In this document: piece after piece, positions 48,432 through 57,633 of the stretch | Numbering within the stretch: the stretch's first letter is position 1 | Layout: every line of letters begins with the position of its first letter | DNA from: a virus | Reading direction: 5' to 3' (one strand) | IMG/VR virus record: IMGVR_UViG_3300020595_003017 | Span: 1 to 64,000 of that record | Length of the DNA stretch: 64,000 nt | Notes under the pieces: model-generated | Database searches by the model: none | Told to the model about the DNA's origin: nothing | What the model saw: only the letters and a program-made list of their open reading frames with translations | Made by a program: the position numbers and the translations under genes

Positions 48432-49130
48432 ATGAAAAAGATTTTGAGCGAGTGGAAGAAGTTTTTGAATGAGTCTGGTTTCAATAGGATTAGAAATATT
48501 CTTCAAGGCAAGGTGGCCTCGGTAAACACCATAGGCTTCATGACTGGTGAGAATCCTATGGCGCAAAAGCTATCTCGCAAACAGAATCAAAAACTAAACA
48601 AAGAGTTGATGGCATTCATGCGAGAGCGAGGCTATGGACCTATCCGCATCAAAGGACGCTTTGGAAACAAGGAGCGGTCACTAATGATTCCCAACATTAC
48701 TAGAGAAGACATGGTAGAGGCTGGGCAATATTTCAACCAAGAATCTGTTATCTGGGGAGAAAAGACAGGCGAAGATAAATTTGTCTTCGAATATATTGAA
48801 GGTAACAAGACCTTACAGAAAAGAGACGCTGTTCTGTTTGACGATGAGGTACAGGCTCGTGAAGATTTCTTTTCCCAAGAGAGGCAATCAGCCGGCCGTA
48901 AGTTTTTTATTCCGTTCTTTGATGAGCAGTATGAGATGGAAGAGGGTTTTGAATATGATTACGACTTACCCAGTCTAAACGAAACCCAACGGGAACAGAA
49001 CAAAGAACTAATCAAAGAAATAAATGAGCGAGTTAAAAACACTTTAGATACTAATCGAACACCAAAGTCTCGCTGGCACCATCGTCAAATATTGAAAATT
49101 AATCTTCGGGAACTAAAAAATAAATTATGA
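48432..49130 (+). CDS. DUF3293-like protein with leader MKKILSEWKKFLNE
   Basis: GFMTGENP...N..L...G.FG..E.S...FNQESVIW. Confidence 0.55.
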   Translation: MKKILSEWKKFLNESGFNRIRNILQGKVASVNTIGFMTGENPMAQKLSRKQNQKLNKELMAFMRERGYGPIRIKGRFGNKERSLMIPNITREDMVEAGQYFNQESVIWGEKTGEDKFVFEYIEGNKTLQKRDAVLFDDEVQAREDFFSQERQSAGRKFFIPFFDEQYEMEEGFEYDYDLPSLNETQREQNKELIKEINERVKNTLDTNRTPKSRWHHRQILKINLRELKNKL

Positions 49131-49627
49131 ATTCATTAGTTGAAAAGTTTAAGGACTTTATTACAGAGCAGCGTGCTCGTAAAGATCAGTTTGACCGGAA
49201 CGGTCTCATTAAGTTGTTTCACTATTCTCGCCCCGATGTAGAAAGCCTGATGCTGGACCCAGAATTCGGCGCTCAATCCTATTCCAGAAATGATTATATT
49301 GTTTCAGACGTTCCGAGAGTTTTCTTTTATGTAGACCCGAATGACAAAGAAAGATATTTCTATGGAGCAAACTTATTTACTGTTGACGTTCCGACAAATA
49401 AGGTGTATGATCTTACGGCAGATAAAGAAGGATATATTGAAAAGGTAAGACACCCTATATATGGTCTAAGAGATCGTGAGGAGTGGAACACCCTGTTAGA
49501 AACGATCAGAGAAGATTACGATGGTGTTTTTTATGACACAGGAAACCTTAAAATAGTAACTTGGTTTTACCCCATTGAGGTAAACCGCATATCATCAGAA
49601 GAACAAGCCCGACTTGAGGGCAGATAA
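49127..49627 (+). CDS. Hypothetical protein, possible ADP-ribosyltransferase-like fold
   Basis: Leader MNSLVEKFKDFITE; LFHYS...RVFFY...YDGVFY pattern. Confidence 0.45.
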   Translation: MNSLVEKFKDFITEQRARKDQFDRNGLIKLFHYSRPDVESLMLDPEFGAQSYSRNDYIVSDVPRVFFYVDPNDKERYFYGANLFTVDVPTNKVYDLTADKEGYIEKVRHPIYGLRDREEWNTLLETIREDYDGVFYDTGNLKIVTWFYPIEVNRISSEEQARLEGR

Positions 49628-49642
49628 AGAAAGGTATAAAAA

Positions 49643-50605
49643 ATGAAAAGAACCGCTGAGTGCATTACCCCGCACCATCCTGATAAGATTTGTGATAGGG
49701 TATCAGACGCTGTTTTGGACGAGTGTCTCAGGCAAGATCCTAATTCTAGGGTTGCTATTGAGACCATGGGAGGACATCGAAAGATTGTCGTGATGGGCGA
49801 AATTACCACAGACGCTGAATTGGATATCCCCAGGATTGTAAAAAGTGTCTATGATGATGTTGATGAAATAGATGTCCACGTTGTCAAGCAGAGTAATTTT
49901 ATTTCTCAAGGAGTGGATACCGGCGGTGCTGGTGACCAGGGTATCATGGTAGGTTATGCCTGCGATGATAATCAGCAGATGATCCCGCAAGAGCTTTATC
50001 TTGCTCGGCAGTTATGCCAACTACTTTATGAAGACTATCCCTATGACGGTAAGACTCAGGTAACTTTAGATGATGGCGTTATTACTGCTGTCGTGGCAAG
50101 TTTTCAAAAGACTTCAGGCTTAGAGCTTTATAACCGGGTGGAAGAGTGGCTCGACGATCAAGGGTATAAGAACCCATCTGGCTCCGTTGAGATTCATTGC
50201 AACCCAGCGGGCGATTGGGAAGTCGGCGGCTTTGATGCAGACACAGGACTGACCGGTCGCAAATTGGTTGTTGATAATTATGGCCCTAGGGTCCCAATTG
50301 GCGGCGGTGCCTTCTCCGGCAAAGACCCTAGTAAGGTTGATCGCTCGGCAGCTTATATGGCTCGCCGCATTGCAGTTGACTATCTAAATAATCACGACGC
50401 TAAAGAAGTTTATGTTTACCTTGCTTATGCGATTGGGCACCCGGCACCTGTTCAAGCCACAGCTATCGTGGACGGACAGCATCATGATGTCGAGGGCTAT
50501 GACTTAACACCCAATGGTATCTCAGAATTGTTACAGTTACGAGAGCCAAAGTATCGCCAGACAGCCGGCTGGGGTCACTTTGGAAACGGTTTTCTCTGGG
50601 GCTAA
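49643..50605 (+). CDS. metK: S-adenosylmethionine synthetase
   Basis: HPDKICDRVSD, GAGDQG, DTGLTGRK, GGGAFSGKDPSKVDRS. Confidence 0.93.
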   Translation: MKRTAECITPHHPDKICDRVSDAVLDECLRQDPNSRVAIETMGGHRKIVVMGEITTDAELDIPRIVKSVYDDVDEIDVHVVKQSNFISQGVDTGGAGDQGIMVGYACDDNQQMIPQELYLARQLCQLLYEDYPYDGKTQVTLDDGVITAVVASFQKTSGLELYNRVEEWLDDQGYKNPSGSVEIHCNPAGDWEVGGFDADTGLTGRKLVVDNYGPRVPIGGGAFSGKDPSKVDRSAAYMARRIAVDYLNNHDAKEVYVYLAYAIGHPAPVQATAIVDGQHHDVEGYDLTPNGISELLQLREPKYRQTAGWGHFGNGFLWG

Positions 50606-50614
50606 TAACATCTT

Positions 50615-50989
50615 ATGGGAGACGCAAAGATGAGCGAAGAACAGAAAACAGTTAACACAGTTGCTGACGACTTGATTCCTAAGCCACCACCAAAGTTGGC
50701 ACCAAGAGGAATTACCAGTTTTACCGTATACCGCCAACACGACGAGACAGGAGTTTCGGGTGACGGTGTTGTTATTGAGGGAGTTGTCATGGCCACGGGT
50801 CAATGTGTTGTACATTGGCTTTACCCTCCACCCCGTGGTGGTATCGCTATCTTTGACAGTATGAGTGATTTTGTTAAGGTTCATATTGAACCACACCCAG
50901 CCAATCAAACCATCATCACTTATCAGGACGGACACAAAGATGTGTACGGGCACAAGCCTGATGAAGATAAAGAGGAAGAAGAAAAATAA
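50615..50989 (+). CDS. Conserved phage hypothetical protein
   Basis: DETGVSGDGVVIEGV...GQCVVHW motif. Confidence 0.6.
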   Translation: MGDAKMSEEQKTVNTVADDLIPKPPPKLAPRGITSFTVYRQHDETGVSGDGVVIEGVVMATGQCVVHWLYPPPRGGIAIFDSMSDFVKVHIEPHPANQTIITYQDGHKDVYGHKPDEDKEEEEK

Positions 50990-51033
50990 TACTTCTATTT
51001 AAAACAATTGGAGATCCCCACATGCTGGGTGGA

Positions 51034-51068
51034 GAGCAGGGCGGCTGGTGCCCTGCTCATTTTTTTCT
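51034..51068 (+). terminator. Rho-independent terminator
   Basis: GAGCAGGGC-ggctggt-GCCCTGCTC followed by ATTTTTTTCT. Confidence 0.8.
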
Positions 51069-51095
51069 TGAACAATTTAGAATCTCTGCTATAAT
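51068..51095 (+). promoter_or_regulatory. Sigma70-type promoter (51120 and dnaE)
   Basis: TTGAAC-N16-TATAAT with TG extension; SD GAGGAGAGAG. Confidence 0.65.
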
Positions 51096-51119
51096 ATACA
51101 TATAGAAGAGGAGAGAGAA

Positions 51120-51332
51120 ATGAAAGTCGGAGATCTTGTCAAGTTCACCAATCGCAGTCACAGCCTTTATCACAAGTATTCCAAGGGTGTAGGTCTTGTT
51201 ACAGAGATTGATCACATTGCTAAATACAACAGAGGCTCCCGCCAAGAATATCTTGGAGCTAAGGTCACAGTCCAGTTCCCAGAACTAGACAAACCATCAG
51301 TCGTTACAGAATTTTCACTACAAGTAATTTAA
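51120..51332 (+). CDS. MKVGDLV-family small protein
   Basis: MKVGDLVKF...GVGLV...VTVQF...LQVI. Confidence 0.7.
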   Translation: MKVGDLVKFTNRSHSLYHKYSKGVGLVTEIDHIAKYNRGSRQEYLGAKVTVQFPELDKPSVVTEFSLQVI

Positions 51333-51345
51333 AGGAAGGTAGTCA

Positions 51346-54300
51346 ATGACTAACCGAATTGAAAGCAAGATCCCATTCGTGGGATTACATGCTCACTCAG
51401 GACTCTCACCGTTTGACGGACTGGGAATGCCTGGGGAGCATATGGACTTCGCCTACGAGAACGGGATGAACGCCCACGCCCTGACCGACCACGGTCACAT
51501 GAACGGGCTCTCGTTTCAGGTGGAGCACTTAAAGAAAATGAAGGAGGGCGGCAAAGACTTCCGAGCCATCTACGGATGTGAATCTTACTTCATTAAGTCC
51601 CATCGTAAATGGCGTACAATGTACGAGGAGCACAAGGCTAACTCCAAGAAGCAGAAGAAGGAAGAGTATGGGATGGTCATCGAGGATGAGGACCGACAAA
51701 AGAAGTTCAACCCACTCAACCGACGAAGCCATCTTGTGATGGTCGCTCAGAATCAGACAGGTCTAAATAACTTATTCAAGCTAGTGTCCGATAGTTATCA
51801 GCCTGAAAACTTCTATCGCTATCCTCGTATGGATTTTGAGATGCTAGACAAATACAACGAGGGGCTTATTATCAGCACCGCTTGTATGTCTGGCCCATTG
51901 TTTGGAGACTTCTGGAAGAACCGAGACAAGAGTCCAGACCATGTACTCTCCGCTATGCGGGATACCATTGCTCAGTTCAAGGAGATCTTCGGCGACAGGT
52001 TTTACGGAGAGGTCCAGTGGAATGATATTCCCGAGCAGCATCTCGGCAACAATTATATTATCCAAGCCTGTATGGAAATGGGAGTAGAGGTTATCAGCAC
52101 AGCCGATAGTCATTACCCACGACCAGAACTTTGGAAAGAGCGAGAGATGTACAAGCGCATCGGCTGGGGCGGCAAGATCCCAGCCTGGGCTGAAGGCGGC
52201 AATGGTCTTCCCGATTCGGTTGATGAGGTCGGCTACGAACTCTACCCGAAGAATGGCGACCAAATGTGGGAGAGTTACAAGAGTTACTCTGCCAAGCATC
52301 GCACAGAGTACGACGATACTTTTGTCCGTGACTCAATTGAGCGTACACATCACATTGCCTTTGACCGCTGTGAAGACTTCCTTCCTGACAGCACCGTCCG
52401 ACTCCCTGAGTTCGTGGTACCTGAAGGCAAGACAGCCATCCAGGCTCTGACCTCTGACGCTCTGGCGGGAATGAAAGAAAAGAATATCACAGACCCAGAG
52501 TATGTGGACCGCTTGAAGTATGAACTTAATATTATCAAGGAGCGAGGCTTCGCTCAATACTTCCTGACGATGAAAGCCATTTCAGACAAAGCCCAGGAGG
52601 AAATGCTGGTAGGCCTTGGACGGGGGTCGGCTGCCGGCTCGCTCCTGTCATATGTTCTGGACATCACACAGATTGACCCAATCAAATATGCTCTCCAGTT
52701 TGAGAGGTTTCTGACCAAGGGCGGCAAGGGCTACCCCGACATTGACTTTGATGTTGAGGAACCAATGGAACTGAAGCAGCAACTGGCAGAGGAGTGGGCT
52801 AAGATCGGCGTGAACGTTGTTCCCATCAGCAACTTCAACACACTCCAGTTGCGTTCACTTATCAAAGACATCGGTAAATTTTATGATATTCCATTCACCG
52901 AGGTCAACAAGGTGACTGGTGTGATGATGGCGGAAGCCACCCCTCTAGCCAAGAAGGCTCACGGGCAGACTGCCGGTGTCTACACTCCCACATTTGATGA
53001 GGTAAAAGAATACAGTGAAACACTCCAAGCATTTTTCCAGAAGTACCCAGAGGTTGCTACTCACGTTGATCACTTGTTCGGCAATATGCGGAGTATTTCT
53101 CGGCACGCTGGTGGGGTTGTTGTTGCGGAGAACCTTGACAGGCACATGCCCCTGATCAACTCCGGCGGTGTCATCCAGACCCCCTGGAGTGAAGGTCAGA
53201 ACGTCAGACACTTAGAACCCCTCGGATTCATTAAGTTCGACCTGCTTGGCCTGTCAACTCTTCGTATGATTTCGGGAGCTATCCGTCACATCCTTAAGCG
53301 CCACCAAGGCATTGAGGAGCCGACCTTTGAACAGGTCAGAGATTATTATAATACTCATCTCCACCCGGATACCATTGACTTTGATAATCAGCAAGTCTGG
53401 AAGGAAGTATTCCACGAGGGCAAGTGGGCTGGCATCTTCCAGATGACCAATGGTGGAGCCCAGCGGTTCTGTCAAGAAGCCCAGCCAGAATCTCTTTTGG
53501 ACTTCGCTGCTGTCACGGCTATCTTCCGCCCTGGTCCACTTAGCGCCAAGGCTCACAGCCTGTACGTCGCAAACAAGACCAACCCTGACCAAGTACATTA
53601 CGACCACCCAATCATCAAAGAAGTGCTCGGAGAAACCTATGGTCTTTTAGTCTTCCAAGAGCAGTTAGCTATGCTCGCCCACAAACTCGGCAAGGACCTC
53701 TCGCTGGATGAGGGCAACCTTCTCCGTAAGGTCCTGACCAAAAAGGGAACAGGGAAAGATAAAGTAAAAGATAACCTGTACAAGAAGTTTGTAGCCGGCT
53801 GTGCCGAACACGGATTGTCCAAAGAGGTTGCCGACAAGCAGTGGGCAAACATGGAGTTCTTCTCAGGCTACGGCTTCAACTTGTCGCACGCCGTGTCCTA
53901 CGGAGCGGTATCCTTCCAGTGTGCGTGGCTCAGTCATTACTACCCAGTGGAGTGGATGGCTGCGTTCTTGGACAAGGAGCCAGAAGACAAGAAGGCAGGG
54001 GCAATTAACACAGCCAAGTCCTTTGGCTTCGAGATCGTCCCACCCAGTATCAACAAGTCAGGACGAGTGTGGGAGATCGGTGAAGATGGCAACACTTTGA
54101 TTCAGCCGCTTGCCGGCATTAAGGGTCTGGGCGACAGTGCCATTGATCAGATTGTAGCCAACCGACCTTTCAATAGTATTGAGGAGTTTATCTTCAACGA
54201 GAATATTACATACTCCAAGCTCAATAAGAAAGCCTTGGATGTTCTGGTCAGAAGCAAAGCCCTTGACGAGTTGATGGACGACAGGTTCACAGGACTGAAA

Positions 54301-54762
54301 CACTTCTGGTCAGCCGTTGCCGTGGATAGGCCACGCAAGGAAAAGAACCTGATTGAAAACATTGACCTCTACGCTCCCGAAGGAGACTTCTCCGAGGAAG
54401 AGAAGTTGGAACACTTCGCATCGCTCACAGGGATCTTCCCCATCCACGAGATTATGCCACAGGAAATCCAAGACAACCTGATGACCCGTGGCTGTCCGCC
54501 CATCAGCGAGTACGACCCTGACCTCAAGCTGGTCTGGTTCATTCCAAGGGAAGTAAAAGTAAAGAAGACAAAGAACGGCAAAGAATACTGGGTCATCAGC
54601 ACAACCGACAGTAACGCCTTTGATGCGAACATCCGCTGCTGGGGTGTGAGAGAAGATGACAAAATCTCTCTTAATAAAGTATACATTGCTAACTTAGACT
54701 ACAATGAGAAGTGGGGATTCAGCACCCGCTCTATCAAAAGAAGTTTTAGAAGATTAACTTAA
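51346..54762 (+). CDS. dnaE: DNA polymerase III alpha subunit (family C)
   Basis: PHP motifs LHAHS, TDHG, ADSHY; GRGSAAGSL; catalytic PDIDFD; SRHAGGVV; KFDLLGLSTL; GYGFNLSHA. Confidence 0.96.
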   Translation: MTNRIESKIPFVGLHAHSGLSPFDGLGMPGEHMDFAYENGMNAHALTDHGHMNGLSFQVEHLKKMKEGGKDFRAIYGCESYFIKSHRKWRTMYEEHKANSKKQKKEEYGMVIEDEDRQKKFNPLNRRSHLVMVAQNQTGLNNLFKLVSDSYQPENFYRYPRMDFEMLDKYNEGLIISTACMSGPLFGDFWKNRDKSPDHVLSAMRDTIAQFKEIFGDRFYGEVQWNDIPEQHLGNNYIIQACMEMGVEVISTADSHYPRPELWKEREMYKRIGWGGKIPAWAEGGNGLPDSVDEVGYELYPKNGDQMWESYKSYSAKHRTEYDDTFVRDSIERTHHIAFDRCEDFLPDSTVRLPEFVVPEGKTAIQALTSDALAGMKEKNITDPEYVDRLKYELNIIKERGFAQYFLTMKAISDKAQEEMLVGLGRGSAAGSLLSYVLDITQIDPIKYALQFERFLTKGGKGYPDIDFDVEEPMELKQQLAEEWAKIGVNVVPISNFNTLQLRSLIKDIGKFYDIPFTEVNKVTGVMMAEATPLAKKAHGQTAGVYTPTFDEVKEYSETLQAFFQKYPEVATHVDHLFGNMRSISRHAGGVVVAENLDRHMPLINSGGVIQTPWSEGQNVRHLEPLGFIKFDLLGLSTLRMISGAIRHILKRHQGIEEPTFEQVRDYYNTHLHPDTIDFDNQQVWKEVFHEGKWAGIFQMTNGGAQRFCQEAQPESLLDFAAVTAIFRPGPLSAKAHSLYVANKTNPDQVHYDHPIIKEVLGETYGLLVFQEQLAMLAHKLGKDLSLDEGNLLRKVLTKKGTGKDKVKDNLYKKFVAGCAEHGLSKEVADKQWANMEFFSGYGFNLSHAVSYGAVSFQCAWLSHYYPVEWMAAFLDKEPEDKKAGAINTAKSFGFEIVPPSINKSGRVWEIGEDGNTLIQPLAGIKGLGDSAIDQIVANRPFNSIEEFIFNENITYSKLNKKALDVLVRSKALDELMDDRFTGLKHFWSAVAVDRPRKEKNLIENIDLYAPEGDFSEEEKLEHFASLTGIFPIHEIMPQEIQDNLMTRGCPPISEYDPDLKLVWFIPREVKVKKTKNGKEYWVISTTDSNAFDANIRCWGVREDDKISLNKVYIANLDYNEKWGFSTRSIKRSFRRLT

Positions 54763-54772
54763 AGTAAATATA

Positions 54773-54964
54773 ATGGAACGATGTAAACTATTTAAAACTA
54801 AGAAGACCTATCGCATACCGGTCGGATTAACGGGGGTGGTTCTAGATACTTTAGAATCATTCCCTCAACTTAAAGTTGTTGCCATTAAGTATGATGTTAG
54901 CGGTTGGAAGTTGTCTGTGATAGCCGAGAAAGATCTTGAATATTTAGAGGACCAAAATGATTGA
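54773..54964 (+). CDS. Small SH3-like hypothetical protein
   Basis: GLTGVVLD...VAIKY...IAEKDLEYL. Confidence 0.5.
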   Translation: MERCKLFKTKKTYRIPVGLTGVVLDTLESFPQLKVVAIKYDVSGWKLSVIAEKDLEYLEDQND

Positions 54965-55052
54965 CGGAAAGAAATTAATTAAAAACGAAAACGATTGTTA
55001 CAATTGTGGCTGCAATTTAAAACCAGTCTGTCCAGACTATGAAGGAGACAAG

Positions 55053-55517
55053 ATGGAAGTAAGAGTAGAGCGACTTCACGAAAACGCTAAGCTGCCTGTG
55101 CGGGCACACCCGACAGATGCCGGCATGGATTTATTCTTTTGTCCAGAGCCTAAGCCGGAATTAAAAAATCAAATCGAAACAGTCCTTCCTTTTGGATCGT
55201 CAGTGATTCCCACAGGATTAAAGATTGAAGTTCCAGAAGGGTACATGCTGGAGATTAAAAACAAATCTGGAATCGCCTCAAAGCGTGGGCTGTTAGTTGG
55301 TGCCTGTGTTGTAGATCGTGGGTACACAGGAGAAATCTTTGTGAACCTTCATAACGTGACACACAGAAACCAAACTATCCACGATGGAGATAAGGTTGCC
55401 CAAGCTGTCTTCGTCAAAGTTGACACCGATATTAAATTAGTGGAAACAGAAAAGGGTATCTACGACGAGGACACTAGTCGTGGCGACGGCTCTTTAGGAT
55501 CCACAGGTGACAGATAA
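55053..55517 (+). CDS. dut: Trimeric dUTPase
   Basis: AGMDL, IPTGL, NKSGIA, VVDRGYTGEI, RGDGSLGSTG; start set at 55053 (AAGGAG SD); an in-frame Cys-rich extension from 54957 is possible. Confidence 0.92.
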   Translation: MEVRVERLHENAKLPVRAHPTDAGMDLFFCPEPKPELKNQIETVLPFGSSVIPTGLKIEVPEGYMLEIKNKSGIASKRGLLVGACVVDRGYTGEIFVNLHNVTHRNQTIHDGDKVAQAVFVKVDTDIKLVETEKGIYDEDTSRGDGSLGSTGDR

Positions 55518-55611
55518 TTTTTGGCAATATATTAAAATATCTTAAAACCTGAATGCCTCCGAAAAAATCTTCCTCCATATTTTCCAGATTTTTAGATTTT
55601 ATTTCACGAAG

Positions 55612-55668
55612 ATAAAACTTGACAGACTCTCTTTCCATGATAATATAAGATATAAGGAGAGAGTTATG
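55612..55668 (+). repeat. Early promoter-RBS cassette, copy A
   Basis: AAAACTTGACA-N16-TAATATAAG...AAGGAGAGAGTTATG; repeated at 56921 and 57334. Confidence 0.8.
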
Positions 55669-55893
55669 CATGTCGGTGACAAAGTAAAACTTACAGGCAT
55701 CACCCAGCACGGCAAAAATCGTGTTCGTGAACAGAGTGATGTCTGGGAGGTTATCCGCATGAGTCCCACAGTTTCATTTAAAACATCTGCCTCTGGTCCG
55801 TTTATGTTGTTGCAGGCCACCAAGGGTATCCATATGCGCTGGGTTTCCACCGTCAACGACGACAACTTTTCAGTAGAGGTTATTGATGAGTAA
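55666..55893 (+). CDS. Array protein 1 (MHVGDKV...EVIDE)
   Basis: ORF track; family motif. Confidence 0.75.
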   Translation: MHVGDKVKLTGITQHGKNRVREQSDVWEVIRMSPTVSFKTSASGPFMLLQATKGIHMRWVSTVNDDNFSVEVIDE

Positions 55894-56095
55894 GAATGAG
55901 TGGCGTAAAGACTTGAAGGTCGGGGACCTCGTGATGATGAAGAGCGGCGGGATGGCTATCCTTACAGAGGTGTTCTTTCGGTTTCCAGAAACTGACCCAT
56001 CCTATCCCCATATAAAGATGATTTATTGTGATGACAACACACCAGGCAGTTGTAGCGCCTGGCGAGTAGAGGAACTAATCAATGCAAGTCGGTGA
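55886..56095 (+). CDS. Array protein 2 (..LKVGDLV...EELINASR)
   Basis: ORF track; family motif. Confidence 0.75.
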   Translation: MSKNEWRKDLKVGDLVMMKSGGMAILTEVFFRFPETDPSYPHIKMIYCDDNTPGSCSAWRVEELINASR

Positions 56096-56255
56096 TTTGG
56101 TAAAACGACACGAAGGCTGGCAAGGCTGGAAGCGTCAGCAACTCGGGCTCGTAGTAAATGTAGACCGAGCCGTTATCAGAGTTCAGTGGTCTGGCGACTA
56201 CGGAACATTTTCTCACCCTATCACGTCGCTGGAGGTGCTCAATGAAAGAAGGTGA
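56082..56255 (+). CDS. Array protein 3 (MQVGDLVKRHEG...RVQW...LEVLNERR), not in track
   Basis: Read by hand; 57 aa. Confidence 0.75.
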   Translation: MQVGDLVKRHEGWQGWKRQQLGLVVNVDRAVIRVQWSGDYGTFSHPITSLEVLNERR

Positions 56256-56394
56256 TTTGGTTCGCATGGATGGCCAAACGGGAGTTATTGTTCTCGCTTG
56301 GGGCGTCATGGATGTTGTAGAGGTGCTCTGGGACGATGGGGAAACCAGAGGTCAGAACACCTGCGAGTTGGAGTTGCTCAATGAAGCCCGGTGA
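56242..56394 (+). CDS. Array protein 4 (MKEGDLVRMDGQTGVIV...EVLWDDG...LELLNEAR), not in track
   Basis: Read by hand; 50 aa; GGAGGT SD. Confidence 0.78.
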   Translation: MKEGDLVRMDGQTGVIVLAWGVMDVVEVLWDDGETRGQNTCELELLNEAR

Positions 56395-56545
56395 TTTGGT
56401 AAAATATAAAGGCAACGGAAAATGCTATCTGGTATCCGAGGTACGAAAAATTAAAGGTGAGGTAAGGTACTTCCACTTGGACACCTTCCATCCCCAAAGA
56501 GTTTTCTATTCAGATGATGTGAAGGTGATTAATGAAACCAGGTGA
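56381..56545 (+). CDS. Array protein 5 (MKPGDLVKY...VKVINETR)
   Basis: 3' part of track ORF 56336..56545. Confidence 0.75.
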   Translation: MKPGDLVKYKGNGKCYLVSEVRKIKGEVRYFHLDTFHPQRVFYSDDVKVINETR

Positions 56546-56720
56546 CTTGGTAAGAATCTCAGATTGGGATTCGGTTGGGGGTTGGAACCCCATCGGTCTT
56601 GTTTTATCTTATCCTGAAGTAAAGAATCACGGGACAACCTCTGTCCTTGTTGACTGGCTTGAATCGCCCGACACAGAATATTACTCAGTCCATCATTTGG
56701 AAATCATCAGTGAAGGCTGA
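56532..56720 (+). CDS. Array protein 6 (MKPGDLVRI...IGLV...VDW...LEIISEG)
   Basis: ORF track. Confidence 0.78.
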   Translation: MKPGDLVRISDWDSVGGWNPIGLVLSYPEVKNHGTTSVLVDWLESPDTEYYSVHHLEIISEG

Positions 56721-56931
56721 CTTTGAATATCAACTTGGCGACCTCGTATCTTTCAACCCAAGGCGACTGACGGAAGAATATATTAATGATGTTGTCCTGA
56801 CTGGCGTTGTAATCAAGCAGCGTTTAGTTTTCACTGCGGACAATAAGTTCTTGGTGCGAACCCCCGAAAGAGATTACTGGGTTTCAAGACCACGCCTAAC
56901 TTTACTTTCGAGGGCACAAAATAAAACTTGA
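56710..56931 (+). CDS. Array protein 7 (..YQLGDLV...TGVVI...LTLLS)
   Basis: GTG start overlapping the previous stop. Confidence 0.7.
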   Translation: MKADFEYQLGDLVSFNPRRLTEEYINDVVLTGVVIKQRLVFTADNKFLVRTPERDYWVSRPRLTLLSRAQNKT

Positions 56932-56978
56932 CAAACACTCTATCCATAGTAAGATAAGTTGTAAGGGAGAGAGTTATG
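56921..56978 (+). repeat. Early promoter-RBS cassette, copy B
   Basis: AAAACTTGACA-N16-TAAGATAAG...AAGGGAGAGAGTTATG. Confidence 0.8.
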
Positions 56979-57131
56979 TCGGTTCAAGACCATATTGAAA
57001 ATATTCTCAACGCCGAAGGTCAAGAGTGTCTTGACGCTTGGTATGTTGCCATCAACGAGTATCCCCAAAATGCTATGGAAATTCACGATGTGGTTGTTGA
57101 CCACCTCGTTGAAAATACCTTCTTGTATTAA
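56976..57131 (+). CDS. 51-aa acidic hypothetical protein (not array-like), not in track
   Basis: MSVQDHIENILNAEGQECLDAWY...; directly behind cassette B. Confidence 0.7.
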   Translation: MSVQDHIENILNAEGQECLDAWYVAINEYPQNAMEIHDVVVDHLVENTFLY

Positions 57132-57142
57132 GGGAGAGAGTA

Positions 57143-57337
57143 ATGATTACGGCAGCAGGTTTCGGGATGGGCGCTCTAGTCAACTTTGAGTGGAAGCTGG
57201 ACAAAGAGTTGGGTATGATTGTGCGTCAAAGCAGAGGATACTTTTGGATGGTCAAACGTCTTAGCGACGGCAAGAACCTACTCGTCCCCGAGCGGGATAT
57301 GGAAGTGCTCAGTCCAGCCAGGCCAGCGGCTATTTAA
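57143..57337 (+). CDS. Array protein 8 (..FGMGALV...LGMIV...MEVLS)
   Basis: SD GGGAGAGAG; family motif. Confidence 0.7.
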   Translation: MITAAGFGMGALVNFEWKLDKELGMIVRQSRGYFWMVKRLSDGKNLLVPERDMEVLSPARPAAI

Positions 57338-57390
57338 AACTTGACAAGCACCCTAGACGTGGTAATATAAGGTACAAGGAGAGAGATATG
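57334..57390 (+). repeat. Early promoter-RBS cassette, copy C
   Basis: AAAACTTGACA-N16-TAATATAAG...AAGGAGAGAGATATG. Confidence 0.8.
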
Positions 57391-57633
57391 TTGTACGGAA
57401 AAGAGTTAGCCCAATCAATCCAGAAACGCTGTAAGATTCAGCCAGGGATGCTGGTCAAGTCCTCGGCGGGAACCGAGGTAAACAAAATTGCCCTCGTTGT
57501 CCGGTTGTCTCCAGCCTGTGAGTTTGACCGAGATTATGAAGGATCAGAGGATCACATCTTTTATATCTGCGAGCCTTGTGATGGAACGCCAGCCTTCTCG
57601 GACTATGTAACGAATATGGAACAGGTCTCATGA
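57388..57633 (+). CDS. Array protein 9 (..IQPGMLV...IALVV...MEQVS)
   Basis: ORF track. Confidence 0.72.
   Translation: MLYGKELAQSIQKRCKIQPGMLVKSSAGTEVNKIALVVRLSPACEFDRDYEGSEDHIFYICEPCDGTPAFSDYVTNMEQVS

Noticed and set aside
54787-54794. Further ACTATTTA copies inside coding regions (also 14718, 17436)
   Set aside because: Within ORFs and may be chance occurrences in AT-rich DNA; not counted as promoters
54957-55052. Cys-rich N-terminal extension of dUTPase
   Set aside because: A strong SD precedes the internal ATG at 55053, which matches the normal dUTPase start; the extension is unsupported though not excluded
55612-57390. Repeats considered as a CRISPR array or integron attC sites
   Set aside because: Units are promoter/RBS sequences separated by whole genes of variable length; no palindromic attC or constant-length spacers; no cas or integrase in the window
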